This document shows positions 11,801-23,350 of a DNA stretch of 64,000 nucleotides, piece by piece (the stretch's first letter is position 1; the number at the start of each line of letters is the position of its first letter). Position numbers and translations under genes: made by a program. A model generated the notes under the pieces. It made no database searches. It was given only the letters and a program-made list of their open reading frames with translations, and had not been told where the DNA came from. Origin of the DNA: Pocillopora damicornis (Eukaryota); NCBI RefSeq assembly GCF_003704095.1, contig NW_020845533.1, positions 310,001 through 374,000 of the forward strand. Direction: 5' to 3'.

Positions 11801-14182
11801 GACCTCATCATGGATAAACTGTCTCAATTTTCGTCTTCTGTTACAAGCAAATAACTTTTGCCAATTTAACTGAAGTGAAAACGCCATTACTACCCTATTT
11901 TAGACTGGCCGTGGACACACACTAGCAATCGAAGAAAAATTTAGCCATCGCCAATTCTCTTCATAAAATGATGCAATGTTTTGTAAAACAATAGCTCCGA
12001 AGAATTAAAATCCATAGATTATCCACTAGGCTTCTGCATACCGCCAGGTTGAGGTAAATTAACCATTCAGACAATGTATCAGTAACACTAAATAACTTGA
12101 AACGTTACGTAATAAAGAAAGAAAAATGCTTTAAGAGAAGGGATGCCAAAATTTGCACATTGAAACGACAGAATCAATATTAAATTTTCATCCTCGTAGG
12201 GTGGGATGGGGGCGGGAAGCTTGAAGCACTACAAGAGGCAAAATAAATTGTGCGAAGTAAGAGTCGAGGGAAAAAAGGATAGTCGTTTTCATACCTAATC
12301 TTCAAGAAAGTATTCATTTTGTAGACCAATAAGCTGATTAGCAACATCACGTCTTATGAAAACACGCAGATTCCCCTCGCTACGTCTCTTTGTATCTTGT
12401 AAAGTCCGAAAGATTTACCCCAGGAATAACCGAGTACGTGGGATAACACGAAATGTTTGGGAAAGCGCTGCGGCTAGTTAACATTTTATATCATCAAAGA
12501 AAGCGAGTTTTCGTCAGCATAGGTCAAAACTTTTACGAAGTTATGAGAACTGAGAACCTCATTAGTCAAAAGGAATGAGTCTAACAGTGGATTAGAAGGC
12601 GAGATGAGACCGGAAAGAGGGGCTACTATAGGATTGGATAAAATTTATATCCAATAACCAAGGAAAGCAGCATTTCACACGAAACCAAAATCACTTTGCA
12701 AATTATTCTAAAACTGACGATTGACTACAAAGATTGCTTTCTTCGATTATGATGGTCTTATCAAGGTCGACTAGTTTTCATAAAGAGCTATCTTCCGAAA
12801 CAAAAACAACCTCGTGATTGAAGAGCAAATATACCCCTATCAATCACCAAGCATCGAGTTTCGAGGGTCTATAAAAAAAACTTACCTTCAAGACATGCTG
12901 ACATGGTGCAACAGACTTGACGACACATCGTGCGCGGATTTTCAACCCTGAGCGGGCAGAGGACGCGCCTGTAACACTACTTATTGTTTCTCCTTCATAG
13001 TTGTAAGGAAATTCCTTTAAATGGTGAAATCTGTTCGACCCTTTGTAAAAGAGAAGCAAAAAAAAAAGGTCAATCAATCTGGAAAGAGAGCAAAACATGT
13101 AACACAACACACGTGCCCTGTGACATTTGCCACTGTCCCACGCGTGCTTCCAGCGTGCTGCAAGCCAATCAAACCCCATGCATTCTGTGGAATTGATTGT
13201 CAACAAGTCCGTCGGAGATTCGATGTCATTTCCGGAATTTTTTTTTTCTACCGCGAGAGTCCCATGACTCAGAATAATGCAAGGGGAAAACGCAAGATTG
13301 ACAAAAAAATACGTTATAATGATTGTAAAGTTACATGACAGGACCTTGTGATCTCAAAAGGCAAAATCCCACTGATCAGGATACCGTGGCAATCTGCCAT
13401 TTTCGAACACGTTCACTTCTCGCGGCTCGATAACTTCGCTTAAATTTAATTCGAGACAAAGATAATTTTTAACGCAGAAAATCTAATCATTACTTACTTT
13501 TGTCGCATTCCGGCGGCCTATCTCTATGAAGAGATCTGGGCGCTGTAAGAAATGTACAGAAGTAACACGTTAATCAAGGCATCGAGCTCCCTGAGGAACA
13601 GAGATGCTGTGACATAATAGAAAACATAAGGAACAATAAACGATTCAGGAGAACCTGAAACAAGATCAACCAAAGATAAAAAGAACAATCGCCAATAATT
13701 TTTCTGTGTCCCTCCAGCATTTAACATAGATCTTTTCTCTTAAGTTCTTTCGGGACAGAACCAGATCGACACGATAAAGAACCGATGTGCCCCCGAGGTA
13801 TCCATGGATTTCGTGTTCTTAGCTTGCTCGGGCAAATTTTACCCGAACTTCCCTCAGTACAAGGGCAAATTTTGACAATTTGACAGCACATTGTTTCCAA
13901 ATCGATCTACGTCTCAGTGATTTAAGGGGCAACAGCAACTAAGAATACAGAAGGAGCGAAATCGACCGAGCGAAAAAATTTCCAAATCATGTCGAAATAG
14001 TGCACACGCAGGCAAATGCTGCAATCAAGAAAGATGCAAAATTGATACAGCTCGGTATTTTGAGTACAAAATCCTGATCTGATTGTCAAAGAATAAAACC
14101 TTCTTGAAGTAAAATGAAAGCGATAAAATCACGTACCCGCAAATGCCCCTGTGGCCAACAACACGAATAAAATGGATCTCAT
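1..14182 (-). CDS. Large lipid transfer protein (apolipophorin II/I / apoB / vitellogenin superfamily), 3'-truncated by the window edge; 15 exons, 1890 aa visible
   Basis: Exons: 14182-14137, 13542-13498, 13040-12886, 10308-10060, 9342-9187, 8799-8651, 8415-8360, 7939-7705, 7311-7047, 6296-5735, 5303-4957, 4546-4200, 3644-3462, 3199-3133, 2808-<1. All are GT-AG with matching phases. Signal peptide MRSILFVLLATGAFA. Vitellogenin_N/LLT motifs: YNYEGET, VLNIKRGILSAFQ, EEDDVVGKC, CEEEHLFRPFS, LKAIGNAG, EIRIAAYLAL, NQVGSFVWSHM, FFPRSAMVN, EQFFGEDGYFPD, VPTILGLPL. Confidence 0.93.
3853..3970 (+). mobile_element. Short element with a degenerate type I hammerhead ribozyme, inserted in a (TA)n tract in an LLTP intron
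   Basis: actgca-CTGgTGA-ggcc-cagaa-ggct-GAAc-cagtaca-GTC-tgcagt at 3924-3969; TA repeats on both sides. Confidence 0.6.
5434..5642. mobile_element. Degenerate piggyBac-type MITE
   Basis: Starts ttaaacctttaactcc and ends gtcaaggattta; body similar to the partial copy near 59030-59140. Confidence 0.55.
6356..6424. repeat. (AAT)n-rich microsatellite
   Basis: aataataataat... run with interspersed variants. Confidence 0.85.
6803..7005. mobile_element. piggyBac-type MITE
   Basis: TIRs ccctttaactcccag / ctgggaattaaaggg, flanked by ctaa and ttaa; about 200 bp, non-coding. Confidence 0.75.
9670..9876. mobile_element. Degenerate piggyBac-type MITE (same family as 61890-62085)
   Basis: Shares gtgatcaa..agaatttctcct, caagtgatgagaat, tgatccaa.acc.aattctcc and ggcaga.agtaaggaga with the copy in a DOT1L intron. 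Confidence 0.6.
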
Positions 14183-14229
14183 ATCGCGTTGTAGATCCAA
14201 AGTGCGACTGCAGAAGAGAAGCAACCTCT

Positions 14230-14445
14230 CTTCGTTTTTACAGAGCCACTCCTCACCCCCGGTGAGAACAAAAGGCCACCGATCAACAAACGCCAGCGGA
14301 GATGAGTGACGTCTCGAACTGAAAGCGGCCAATCAGCGCTCAGTTTTGAAATAAAACAATAAAAATTTGCCAATCAGAGTCGTTGTTTTACGTAACTAAG
14401 TCAAAGTTCAAATCTTTTCTTTTGCGGAAAATCAGCCAATGAAGA
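14230..14445 (-). promoter_or_regulatory. Putative LLTP proximal promoter (three CCAAT boxes, DR1-like and CRE-like motifs)
   Basis: CCAAT at 14329, 14370 and 14436; AAGTCAAAGTTCA at 14398-14410; TGACGTCT near 14307; all 50-260 nt upstream of the ATG. Confidence 0.45.
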
Positions 14446-16504
14446 CGAGGGTTTTGTATTCGGCAAAGTGAAATCTAATAATAATCTAACATCCTTTCAC
14501 AACAACAAGAGTCCAAAAGTACAATATTGGGATTATAAGGATCTTGTTACTAGACTTAAAAGAAATATTTTTTAAAACCACCCACAGTCTCAAAAACAGA
14601 ATATTGGGACGAAAACCCTTAAAATTGCAAAATATTAAAGCAGATGTGCTGATGCAGGAAAGTTTAATCTGCGACGCAATGCGAGATTTAGGAGCGCTTC
14701 GTTTAGCAACCATGCTCATGTGGCGTTAAGTCAGGAAAGGGCCGTCTAGAATTTAATCCAAGTATAACGGTGCGATCATAATTCGCTAAAGACTAGTGCT
14801 GTTCGTACAGAGAAGTCAAGGAATAAAAATCTAGTGAGGTCAAAGAGTCAGATATTGGTTTTTGAGGGTAACACGAGCTCAACAAAGAAAGAAAATCAAT
14901 TCACGCGCCCCTTGATCATGCTTCATCATGAGTGATCTTATCAGAAAATATTATTATCAGAAAATATTAAAATAAAGCTGACAAGCTGCAAGGTAAATAC
15001 TGGAAGATGTTACCCAAAAAGATGTGGTCATAAGATTGAACCATTTCTGATTTATGAGAGGCTTAGAAAAGAACTTAATGCTTTTCTTTTTCGCTCGTGC
15101 GTGTTCATTTTTCAAGTCAGGCCGTTTGTAGAAAACGAGATACTCCAGTAAACATCAGTATCGGAGGACAGGTGAAAGGGGGGGGGAGGAGTGTGTCTGA
15201 CAATCTGAATGTCTGTAGAGATTTCCTTTAGTGTTTTCTTTCTCTCCTTTGTTTAGTTGAAAATCAGTTTATACGTTGAGGACAAAAGAACAGGGAAATA
15301 TTCCCATCAAGTTTCATCTCGTACAGAAGAAAATAAGCGTAACCCAAAAATCATGCCATAAACCTCATGTGAGAGACACTACCTTTCATCAGATACATCC
15401 ACCCCCCTCCCCCCCCCTCTCTGAAACGAAACCCTTTCAAACGCTGTCCAAGGAGATATTGAAAACAACTTTGACGGTCCAGGCAAGTGAAAGTTTCATA
15501 TCTTGCGGGAGCGTTTTCAACAAAAGAAACGTAAAAGGTAGTTACGCAAAGCTCACGACATCGGAAAGTGCTGACACTTCGTTTTTGGCGATGAAACATT
15601 CCACTTGAATATTGTAATAAAAAGGATGGAAAAACATAAGCTTCGTGGTGGTCGCACGCGCGGAGGCACGAACATTTCCATTACCTGTGTTACTTGCGTC
15701 ACATATTTATTCACAATGTGACCGGAAATTCTTCAAGACTTTATGAGCTTAATATCCGATGATTTCCTTTCTGCTCTTGGTTGTTATCTCTGAAAACGCT
15801 GATTTATTTTCTTTACGCTCAGCATGACTGTAGTAGTTAAATTTGATTGACTCTGCTACTTCAACCTTCCGCTTAACAACGCCGCTGAAAAACCTGAACT
15901 TAACGTTTCAGATAGATGCTCTTTTCTCAATGTGGCTTGACAAGCCTTCCTTTTTACTCCACAGGTTTTTTAGTTGATAATTTGTACCCTTGGTGTATTT
16001 AATCGGGTTAAACATGACGATGCAATCGTATTTCCGGCATCTCACCTTAAGACTGTCGTATCCTCTCTAATCACGAGAAACCCGAAAAAGGGACCATTGC
16101 ACTGCTCTAAGAACTTTGTTGAAAGCTTTCACATAATACTCGTCAAATTCACATACCCTTGACGCTTGCGGATGAAACACGAGATATGAAAGGCTCTTCA
16201 CCTATGTCAGCGAAAATCAGTTTTGAAAAAATATAATTTATCGACACCATTAGCATCTCAAGACATCACTGAAAATTATAACTCATAAAATTACCTTAGG
16301 CAAACATAACCTATGCACTTTCCAAAACATATGATATTCATTTTAAGACTGTTATGTTAAAAGAACGGAAATGAAGTAAATTAATAAGATAAATTTTACC
16401 TGTTATTACTAACTCGCCCAAGGCAATAGTTATTTCTGTACCGCTAAACACCGTGATATGATGTAGGTAGATTCCTTTCATAAACATGATAAAAATGGAA
16501 GATG

Positions 16505-16585
16505 ATTCGTTTTTATCGACTGAGTTGATAATGCAAATTCTAGGTTCTAAGGCTGACGTTTCGAACGTAGCACTTCGTCAGAGAA
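16505..16585 (-). mobile_element. Short repeat with a minimal hammerhead ribozyme motif
   Basis: Minus strand reads ct-CTGACGA-a-gtgc-tac-gttc-GAAA-cg-TC-ag followed by ttatcaactcagtcgata; homologous to 51299-51455. Confidence 0.6.
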
Positions 16586-18659
16586 AATGGAATCCTACCA
16601 ACCCGTTGGGTTCTACTGAAATAGCAAAGCTGACACCATGTTAACAGTGGGAATTGACTAGCTTCATTAGAACACTGAGTCTTGTGACTTCATGTTAATT
16701 TTGCCTCGCGTAAGTATTCTTGTTTTCATAAGTACAAGGAGTCGGGATAAATTGTTAAAAGAAAAGTTGAATTTCCGTTTTCTTGAGACATGCACGCTCG
16801 AGTCATTGATCTATGAATAGACTTGATGACCCTCTATGATTTTAAAGACGTTTGGTTACACCTTCCATCAGATTTAGTTGCTTCTCTGACGGAAAAAAAT
16901 AAGATTTGACTACAGCACGTTTTAAATGGAGACTTTATACGGCGAAAGTTTACACCAGAAAAAGATCTGCTGAGACAGTTAGGAAACGATACTTAGGGTC
17001 ATTCTTTCTCCAACTTCGACAATTGACTGCCCTTTACCTAGAAAACATCAGCAGCTAGAACTTGATGGAGTCAATAAATTATAACTGTTCCGTCAAAAGA
17101 CAGAAGAAAAGAAATCGTAATTAACCGATACAAGCCTGATATACAAGGAAGAATATTGTGTACGGGGATTGCAAATGGCAAGGTTGAATTTTTGGCATCA
17201 TGACATCAAACATGGTTCAATAAAGGAAGGCTAACGAATGAGATCCTTGTGACTTTGTGCTTGGGTCACTGGCGGGCCAATCCATTTTTGAATAGAAATG
17301 CGCCTGATGGACTTGAGAAGTTCCAAAATGCTTCCTGCTTAAGATAATCAGAACACCCAGACCAAACAAAGCTATCTGTTGTAATTTACCACCCAGGTCC
17401 AACAGGACTTCTTCATACCAAAGAAACGAGAACTTTCATCGGCTATATTTTTTGACAGTTACCAAAATTTTTCTTTCCTAATTCGTGACTCGATGTTTTC
17501 CTCGTGTTGAATTGAAATAATGAGTAACTTATCGTTGTGACTTTGAGGCTCGTAAGCTGTATATGACTTTTACTACAGATTACTAGAATCATCTGTGAAC
17601 TGAAGTCTACGGATTTCCTTCAATCAAAAGCAACGTAACTCATTGCATATAGGCTTTATAAATGTGTTTTCTAGCCATTCATTTGGATATATTTTTCGCG
17701 TTTAGAAATGTATGAATAACCGTTGAATGATGATTGTGCAGATGGAGATCAAGTACTACCAGTTCAGTCGCTCAAAAGTAGCTTAGGCTTGTAAACTCTA
17801 CCCACATAAAAACCCAAAAGTGACCGATTTCGATTCATAGCTCAATAGTTTTGCAAATATTAATATCTTGTAAGGTTATCATGGCCTTCTAGTGTATTGA
17901 AAAGACTTCTTAAGGTATAAACACTCTTTGACACCGTAGGAGTTCAGTTCTTCCTTCTCAAAGCCTTCACTCTTCGTGTTTAAAGGTCTTTTTGACTTTG
18001 GCTGCGAAAGAAGTAAAAGTTGGTGGGTCAGGTTTGTTTGGCAATTTTAGTTATTGACCTATGCATGCAAAGTTCTCTGGTAAATTTCTACAAATCAACA
18101 CGTAAAATGAAAAAAACAGTGCGTAGGTAGTTCCGGAAGGCTGGCGGTTGTAAAAATTAATCCTTAGTGGTTCCCGTGCACGATTCCGCAAGTTCCTCTG
18201 TTTTCTTGGCCAAGGCAACTTAAACGCAGAAGTGCAATTCCTTACTTCCCCCTTTCCGCCCATGCAATGTGCAAAGCATAATTCACTCCCTGCATTTTTT
18301 TTGTAAAGTGGTTGTTATCATTTGCTGTATTTGCCAAGGCGTATGACCTATCTAAAATTAGTTGCTATCTAAAACGCTTTATTGCTAGTGATCACGTCCC
18401 ACATATGCCAGATTTTAAATTCAATTTATTATCAGTATTTTTTAAAGTTCCAACGTTTTAACGTTTAATAGACAAAAATCACAGAGAGGTGACGTACCTA
18501 ATGTGGGTGGAATATGTCTCGCGAAATTTTTCGTAGACGTGCCTATCTCTTACTTCTTGTTTTGCAAACTGAAGATGAGTTTCCGGTAATATTTTCGCAC
18601 TTGATTGATTGCGCATGCTTCAAGTGGCTATTACGTCGCTGCAGGTATTATCAAAATGA

Positions 18660-18736
18660 TAGCCCACGTGTAGCTGTACCCTCCCCCCGCCAAGGTGAAA
18701 CGGAAGCGAGGGGAGGGTACGGCTACACGTAGTCTA
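18660..18736. repeat. Short foldback / MITE-like hairpin
   Basis: tagcccacgtgtagctgtaccctcccc ... ggggagggtacggctacacgtagtcta inverted arms. Confidence 0.75.
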
Positions 18737-19573
18737 CCAAAAAGGCCAAACTCGTTTACAGTGACTGTGCATTTCCCTAGGAAAACGAGATGCTCTTGTA
18801 ATTGGATGTTGCCAAAACGTCTGCGTCCAAAGTTCATTTAAGGCCTCTGGCTGGATAATACATCAGGGGAAAAGGAAGCTGACACTAGAGACCAACTTAG
18901 AGTCATTCTTTTCGAAAACAAAGTTTTCTAAAACGTAGATGGGAAAATTTTTAAAAACAGATCAGCTAAAGGTCGCTGATTCTGGCAACAACAAAAAAAT
19001 TTCAAATGTATATTTTAACTGCACCATGATGAAGAAGTAGGTGTAGATATGAATTTGTCATTTCGGAAAAGGAAAAATTGGGGGAAAAATATTATATCAG
19101 GGGTGTTGAGCTTCTGATTACACTGAAGATAGGAAAGAAAGAGCAACACATGTGGGACTGACTTGATATCTTGAACCAGAAATTACTGGTTCACATTATC
19201 ATTAGTAGATTACGATTGCAGCTGAAAGTTCTAAGGAGGCATAAAAAAATAGTTGAGTCAATCATAAACACCACCTCATTCCAGATGGAACCGAATTTGT
19301 ATGAGAGAAATTTGAGAAGTCCATATTATGAGCTTGGGCTGCCTGTGGGGCCCTTTACCCTTTTGACCCAAAGACTGCGATATTGATTCTCCTTACTCTC
19401 TAGCATACATTTCTTGTGTTATTTGTTTCGAGAATTTGGTCTAAATTAAACAATAGCCTACAATCTATATTTTTCTTTTTTATCTTTATTGTATAGTGGG
19501 AAAATACTGCTGCAGTGCTTTACACTCCCGAGAGTTAGATAAGAGTTTAAGAGACTGGAAAAACAGGATATGT

Positions 19574-19780
19574 AGGTTAACAATTGTTCATATACCCTTT
19601 GATACCATCACGTACCAAGAGAGGTTTGCATCAATCATCTTGTATGGTCGCCACCATGAGGAGTTGCTTCTCCTAGATTTGCGGGAAAATACACATACAA
19701 ATTCGTGGCCTATTCACGTGCTTTCCTTCAATTATGACATGTTTACTTCATGGTCAAGGGTATCAAACACTTGTTTAACC
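19574..19780. mobile_element. Degenerate MITE with about 30-bp TIRs
   Basis: ggttaacaattgttcatataccctt ... aagggtatcaaacacttgtttaacc. Confidence 0.45.
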
Positions 19781-21674
19781 ATAAGGTTATCACCGCAGTC
19801 ATTATACTAATTTGTTACTGTAGCGTAATCACACTGTTGATGGATTTGTTTCGCTTCACTGGCTCGCTTCTCACACGGAAACGTTGGTACAGTGCCAGGA
19901 GGTACACTAAAATGCTGAAAGGCTACAATAGCTTACACTTTTCTGTCTATTTAAGCTTTTTCTTTTTCTCTTTTTCTTCGGTTACGACAATTAACGTAAC
20001 CCATGGCAGCATGTGCTATTGTGTGGTTCCTATCTGAACCATTCGAAGTAACTTATAGATATAGCTATTTTGGAACTTACAGAAATAAACCCATATATCT
20101 AGTCTGAGATTAGAAAATTTCCGCTCTCTTTATTGTTGCTTTCTGGAGAAATTGCTTGGTGAATGAGCCTTCATTTCTGCAAACAACTGAATGGAAGTCC
20201 AGGAATGTGTTAGGTAGTCCGAGGTGCTTATTATAAAGAGGATGAAATGTCACTTAGATACACACGCCCACAGTTCTTCACGTGAAAAACTATCCTCTTT
20301 TATTCAGTATGGTTCCTGATTTGTTCGGATTGAAAAACCATAAAATTATTCTAGAATTTCCTTTCTAAAATTCCCTTTACCTTTCGACATTGGATGCAAC
20401 ATCAGGTCCACTTCTATAGAATACACAACAAGTGTGACAAAATTGGTGAGACGGCGAAGAGCACGCAAAGTTTTTGACATCCTGGACATTGTCTTTTTGG
20501 ACAGCCCATGGGGTAACAGCCAGGAACACGCGAAGTTGTTTATTGTCTGGACTTTTAGCGAGCTAAGATCATGCAATTTTCTTACCGGCCTGGATCGTGG
20601 CCAACCATAAACAAGTGGTAGAATACCATGACTGACTGCGGCAAGGCTAATATAATGGGAAGGTTTTTCGAGCGAGAAAGTAAAATCATGATCTGGCAAA
20701 TAGCTAATATCGATTTTCAGTGACAGACGAGTGAGGTGGTCGTTTCAGGATCGTTGAGGGGATAAGTGAGTAACTCGATCGTTACTAACATTTTACTGGT
20801 TAGGGGCTCGTAAATGAACAGAAAGTACGCATAACCACACTTTGAAAACGAGAAAAAGGAATCAGATATGAAAAGAAGCTCCTTCAAAATTATAAAAAGC
20901 TGTCTTTGGATGATACAAGAGTGCAGTGTCTGGCTGCTGCGAATACTAGCCGTTGACCTAAGTTTTTTAAGCTTACTGAAGCGGGTTGAGGTTCAGATTT
21001 CCGAACCTCTCAGAGTTTTCAATATTATTTTTAAATAGAGTAACGCACAATAGTCCTTCTCTATTTTTTTTTCCAGCTTTTACCAACCCCTTATTCCACT
21101 TTTTCTGTGTTAAACCGTTTAAGCCGCTTCGTTTAGACGGTATTTAAGAAAGTGTTTGCCTTTACTTATCTTTCTACCCTTAATTTTTTTCACGTGCCAC
21201 AAAAATAAGAGGATAAGAATTGCGCGCATACCAGGAGGTATGAAAAATTTTTGGAAAGTTCTGTTGCGGTTGGACATTTCTTTTATTTTGTGTAAAAAAA
21301 TTTATTTATGAATATCTACTAATAAATTAAATTCAGAAGTTTTCTTTCAGTCAGCAGATCATTTATTTCGAAAGAAGTTGGTAATACAGCGTATTCTCAA
21401 CTGTTTGTACGAGACGCTGACTGATTTCACTAAATACTATTAAATTTTAGAACTTTGCTGTGCTTATAAGGGCAGACACCACAGGCAGACCACACTATGT
21501 GTACGTGGTTAATAATTGTTGACACGAGACAAACAGAATATGTGAGAGTTATGAATAAAGCTCTGAAAATTGCATACCTAAATTACATCTCAGGCTGAAT
21601 ATCTCAGTAAAGTTAAATTAGGTCTGGATAGAACAGATATGTAACGAATTTAAGAAAATAAACAACACTTCTTA

Positions 21675-21709
21675 AAAACATGTTTCGACAGTTCTTCTGT
21701 CATCTTCAG
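21675..21709 (-). ncRNA. Minimal hammerhead ribozyme motif in the Penelope 3' repeat
   Basis: CTGAAGA-t-GACAG-aagaa-CTGTC-GAAA-catg-TT. Confidence 0.65.
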
Positions 21710-23315
21710 TTCTGAAGAATACAAAATACAAAGTTGAATTTAAAGTGTGTAACAAAATGCTGATTGGACAAAATAAATAGTAACGGAACAATGTATGCAT
21801 TTACAAGGAAAGTTTTAAATTAACATGATTAAGTTGGTGATTAAGAGTAGGTTTCTCCCATTGAATGTGGATAGCTTCTGAAAAGTTGTGGGAGCGTGAT
21901 CTAGGATGTTAAAACACTCATCAGAACAAAGAGTGCGACATTGTGGAGAATTGCGTAGATGTCTGAAAATGTGAGAGGTCCCATCACTGACTAATTGCTC
22001 ACCTACGCGTGTGGATAAATGTCGAGAGGTTTCGCCGACATAGCAGGCATTACAGCCCGCACATAAAAACTTGTAAATCACACACGTACGGAACCCACAA
22101 GGAATAGGGTCTTTCACACCAAACATATTGGCTATTTTAAATGATGAAAAAACCAACTTAATATCGGTGTTGTTACAATAACGCTTAGCAAATTGGCGAA
22201 CCTTTTCTTTCGTGACAAAACAAAAAAGGCCAATGTAAGGTAATTTAAAATAGAAGTTAGTAATAGTGTCTGATACGGAGACCGGGGGATTGCTCTCATT
22301 ACGGGTGAGGGTGAGGTACCGATTGACAACCCTTTTAACCAGATGGGCTGGAAAAAGATTCTTTCTAAGGATTTCAGTGAGTTTCTTGATGTTTTAGTGG
22401 AAATCCAACCATGTGCTGTTGATCTTGTAGGCTCTATCAACAAGAGTGCGAATATGACCCAGTTTGTAGGGATAAAGTATGAAGTTAAAATAATTAGTCA
22501 ACAGGCCCGTGAAGGTTTTCTTGCGGTATACACTTGTGACGGGAAAACGGGTGTCACTGTTGATTAAAACATCGAGGAATGGTATTTTGTGGTCTATTTC
22601 TTTTTCCTTAGTGAACCTAATGTTATGATGCCTGAAGGTTATATAATTGAAAAATAGTAGCGCATCGTTTTCCGAAAGAAATAAACAAAATGTATCGTCA
22701 ACATAACGGCGGTAAAATAATACCTCTGAGCCCTGCCAATTTTCCAACCATAACTTTTCATGATGTCCCATAAAGAGATTAGTAAGAACAGGAGAGAACG
22801 GAGAGCCCATAAGCTACACCATATATCTGGTCGTGGAAAGACCCTTTAATAGGAAATGGGTCTGGGCGGTGGCTATGGAGGAAGACTTTTAAGCTCAGTG
22901 CTACTTAACTTGAGGTCGGAGTTACCATCAGAAATGTACCTGACCGCTAGGTCAATGCATTCTTCAAGAGGTATGTTTGTAAAATGACTGGGATGTCCTG
23001 GACGAAAGTGAAGGAGTCCGAGGTACAATGTTCCGTTGGAATGTCAAGTGTTAGCAGATTGCACAGATATTTAGCCAGGTTATAGTTGTCTGTTTCAATA
23101 GCGGACGCAATGGGCTTCCACAACTTTTCAACTTGAAATCAAAGAAGCTATCCATATTCAATGGGAGAAACCTACTTTTAGTCACCAACTTTATCATGTT
23201 AATTTAAAACTTTCCTTTCAAATGCATACATTTATCTGTTACTATTATTTGTTTTGTCCAATCAGCATTTTGTTACACACTTAAAATTCAACTTTGTACT
23301 TTGTATTATTCAGAA

Positions 23316-23350
23316 CTGAAGATGACAGAATAACTGTCGAAACATGTTTT
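23316..23350 (+). ncRNA. Minimal hammerhead ribozyme motif in the inverted pseudo-LTR
   Basis: CTGAAGA-t-GACAG-aataa-CTGTC-GAAA-catg-TT. Confidence 0.65.
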
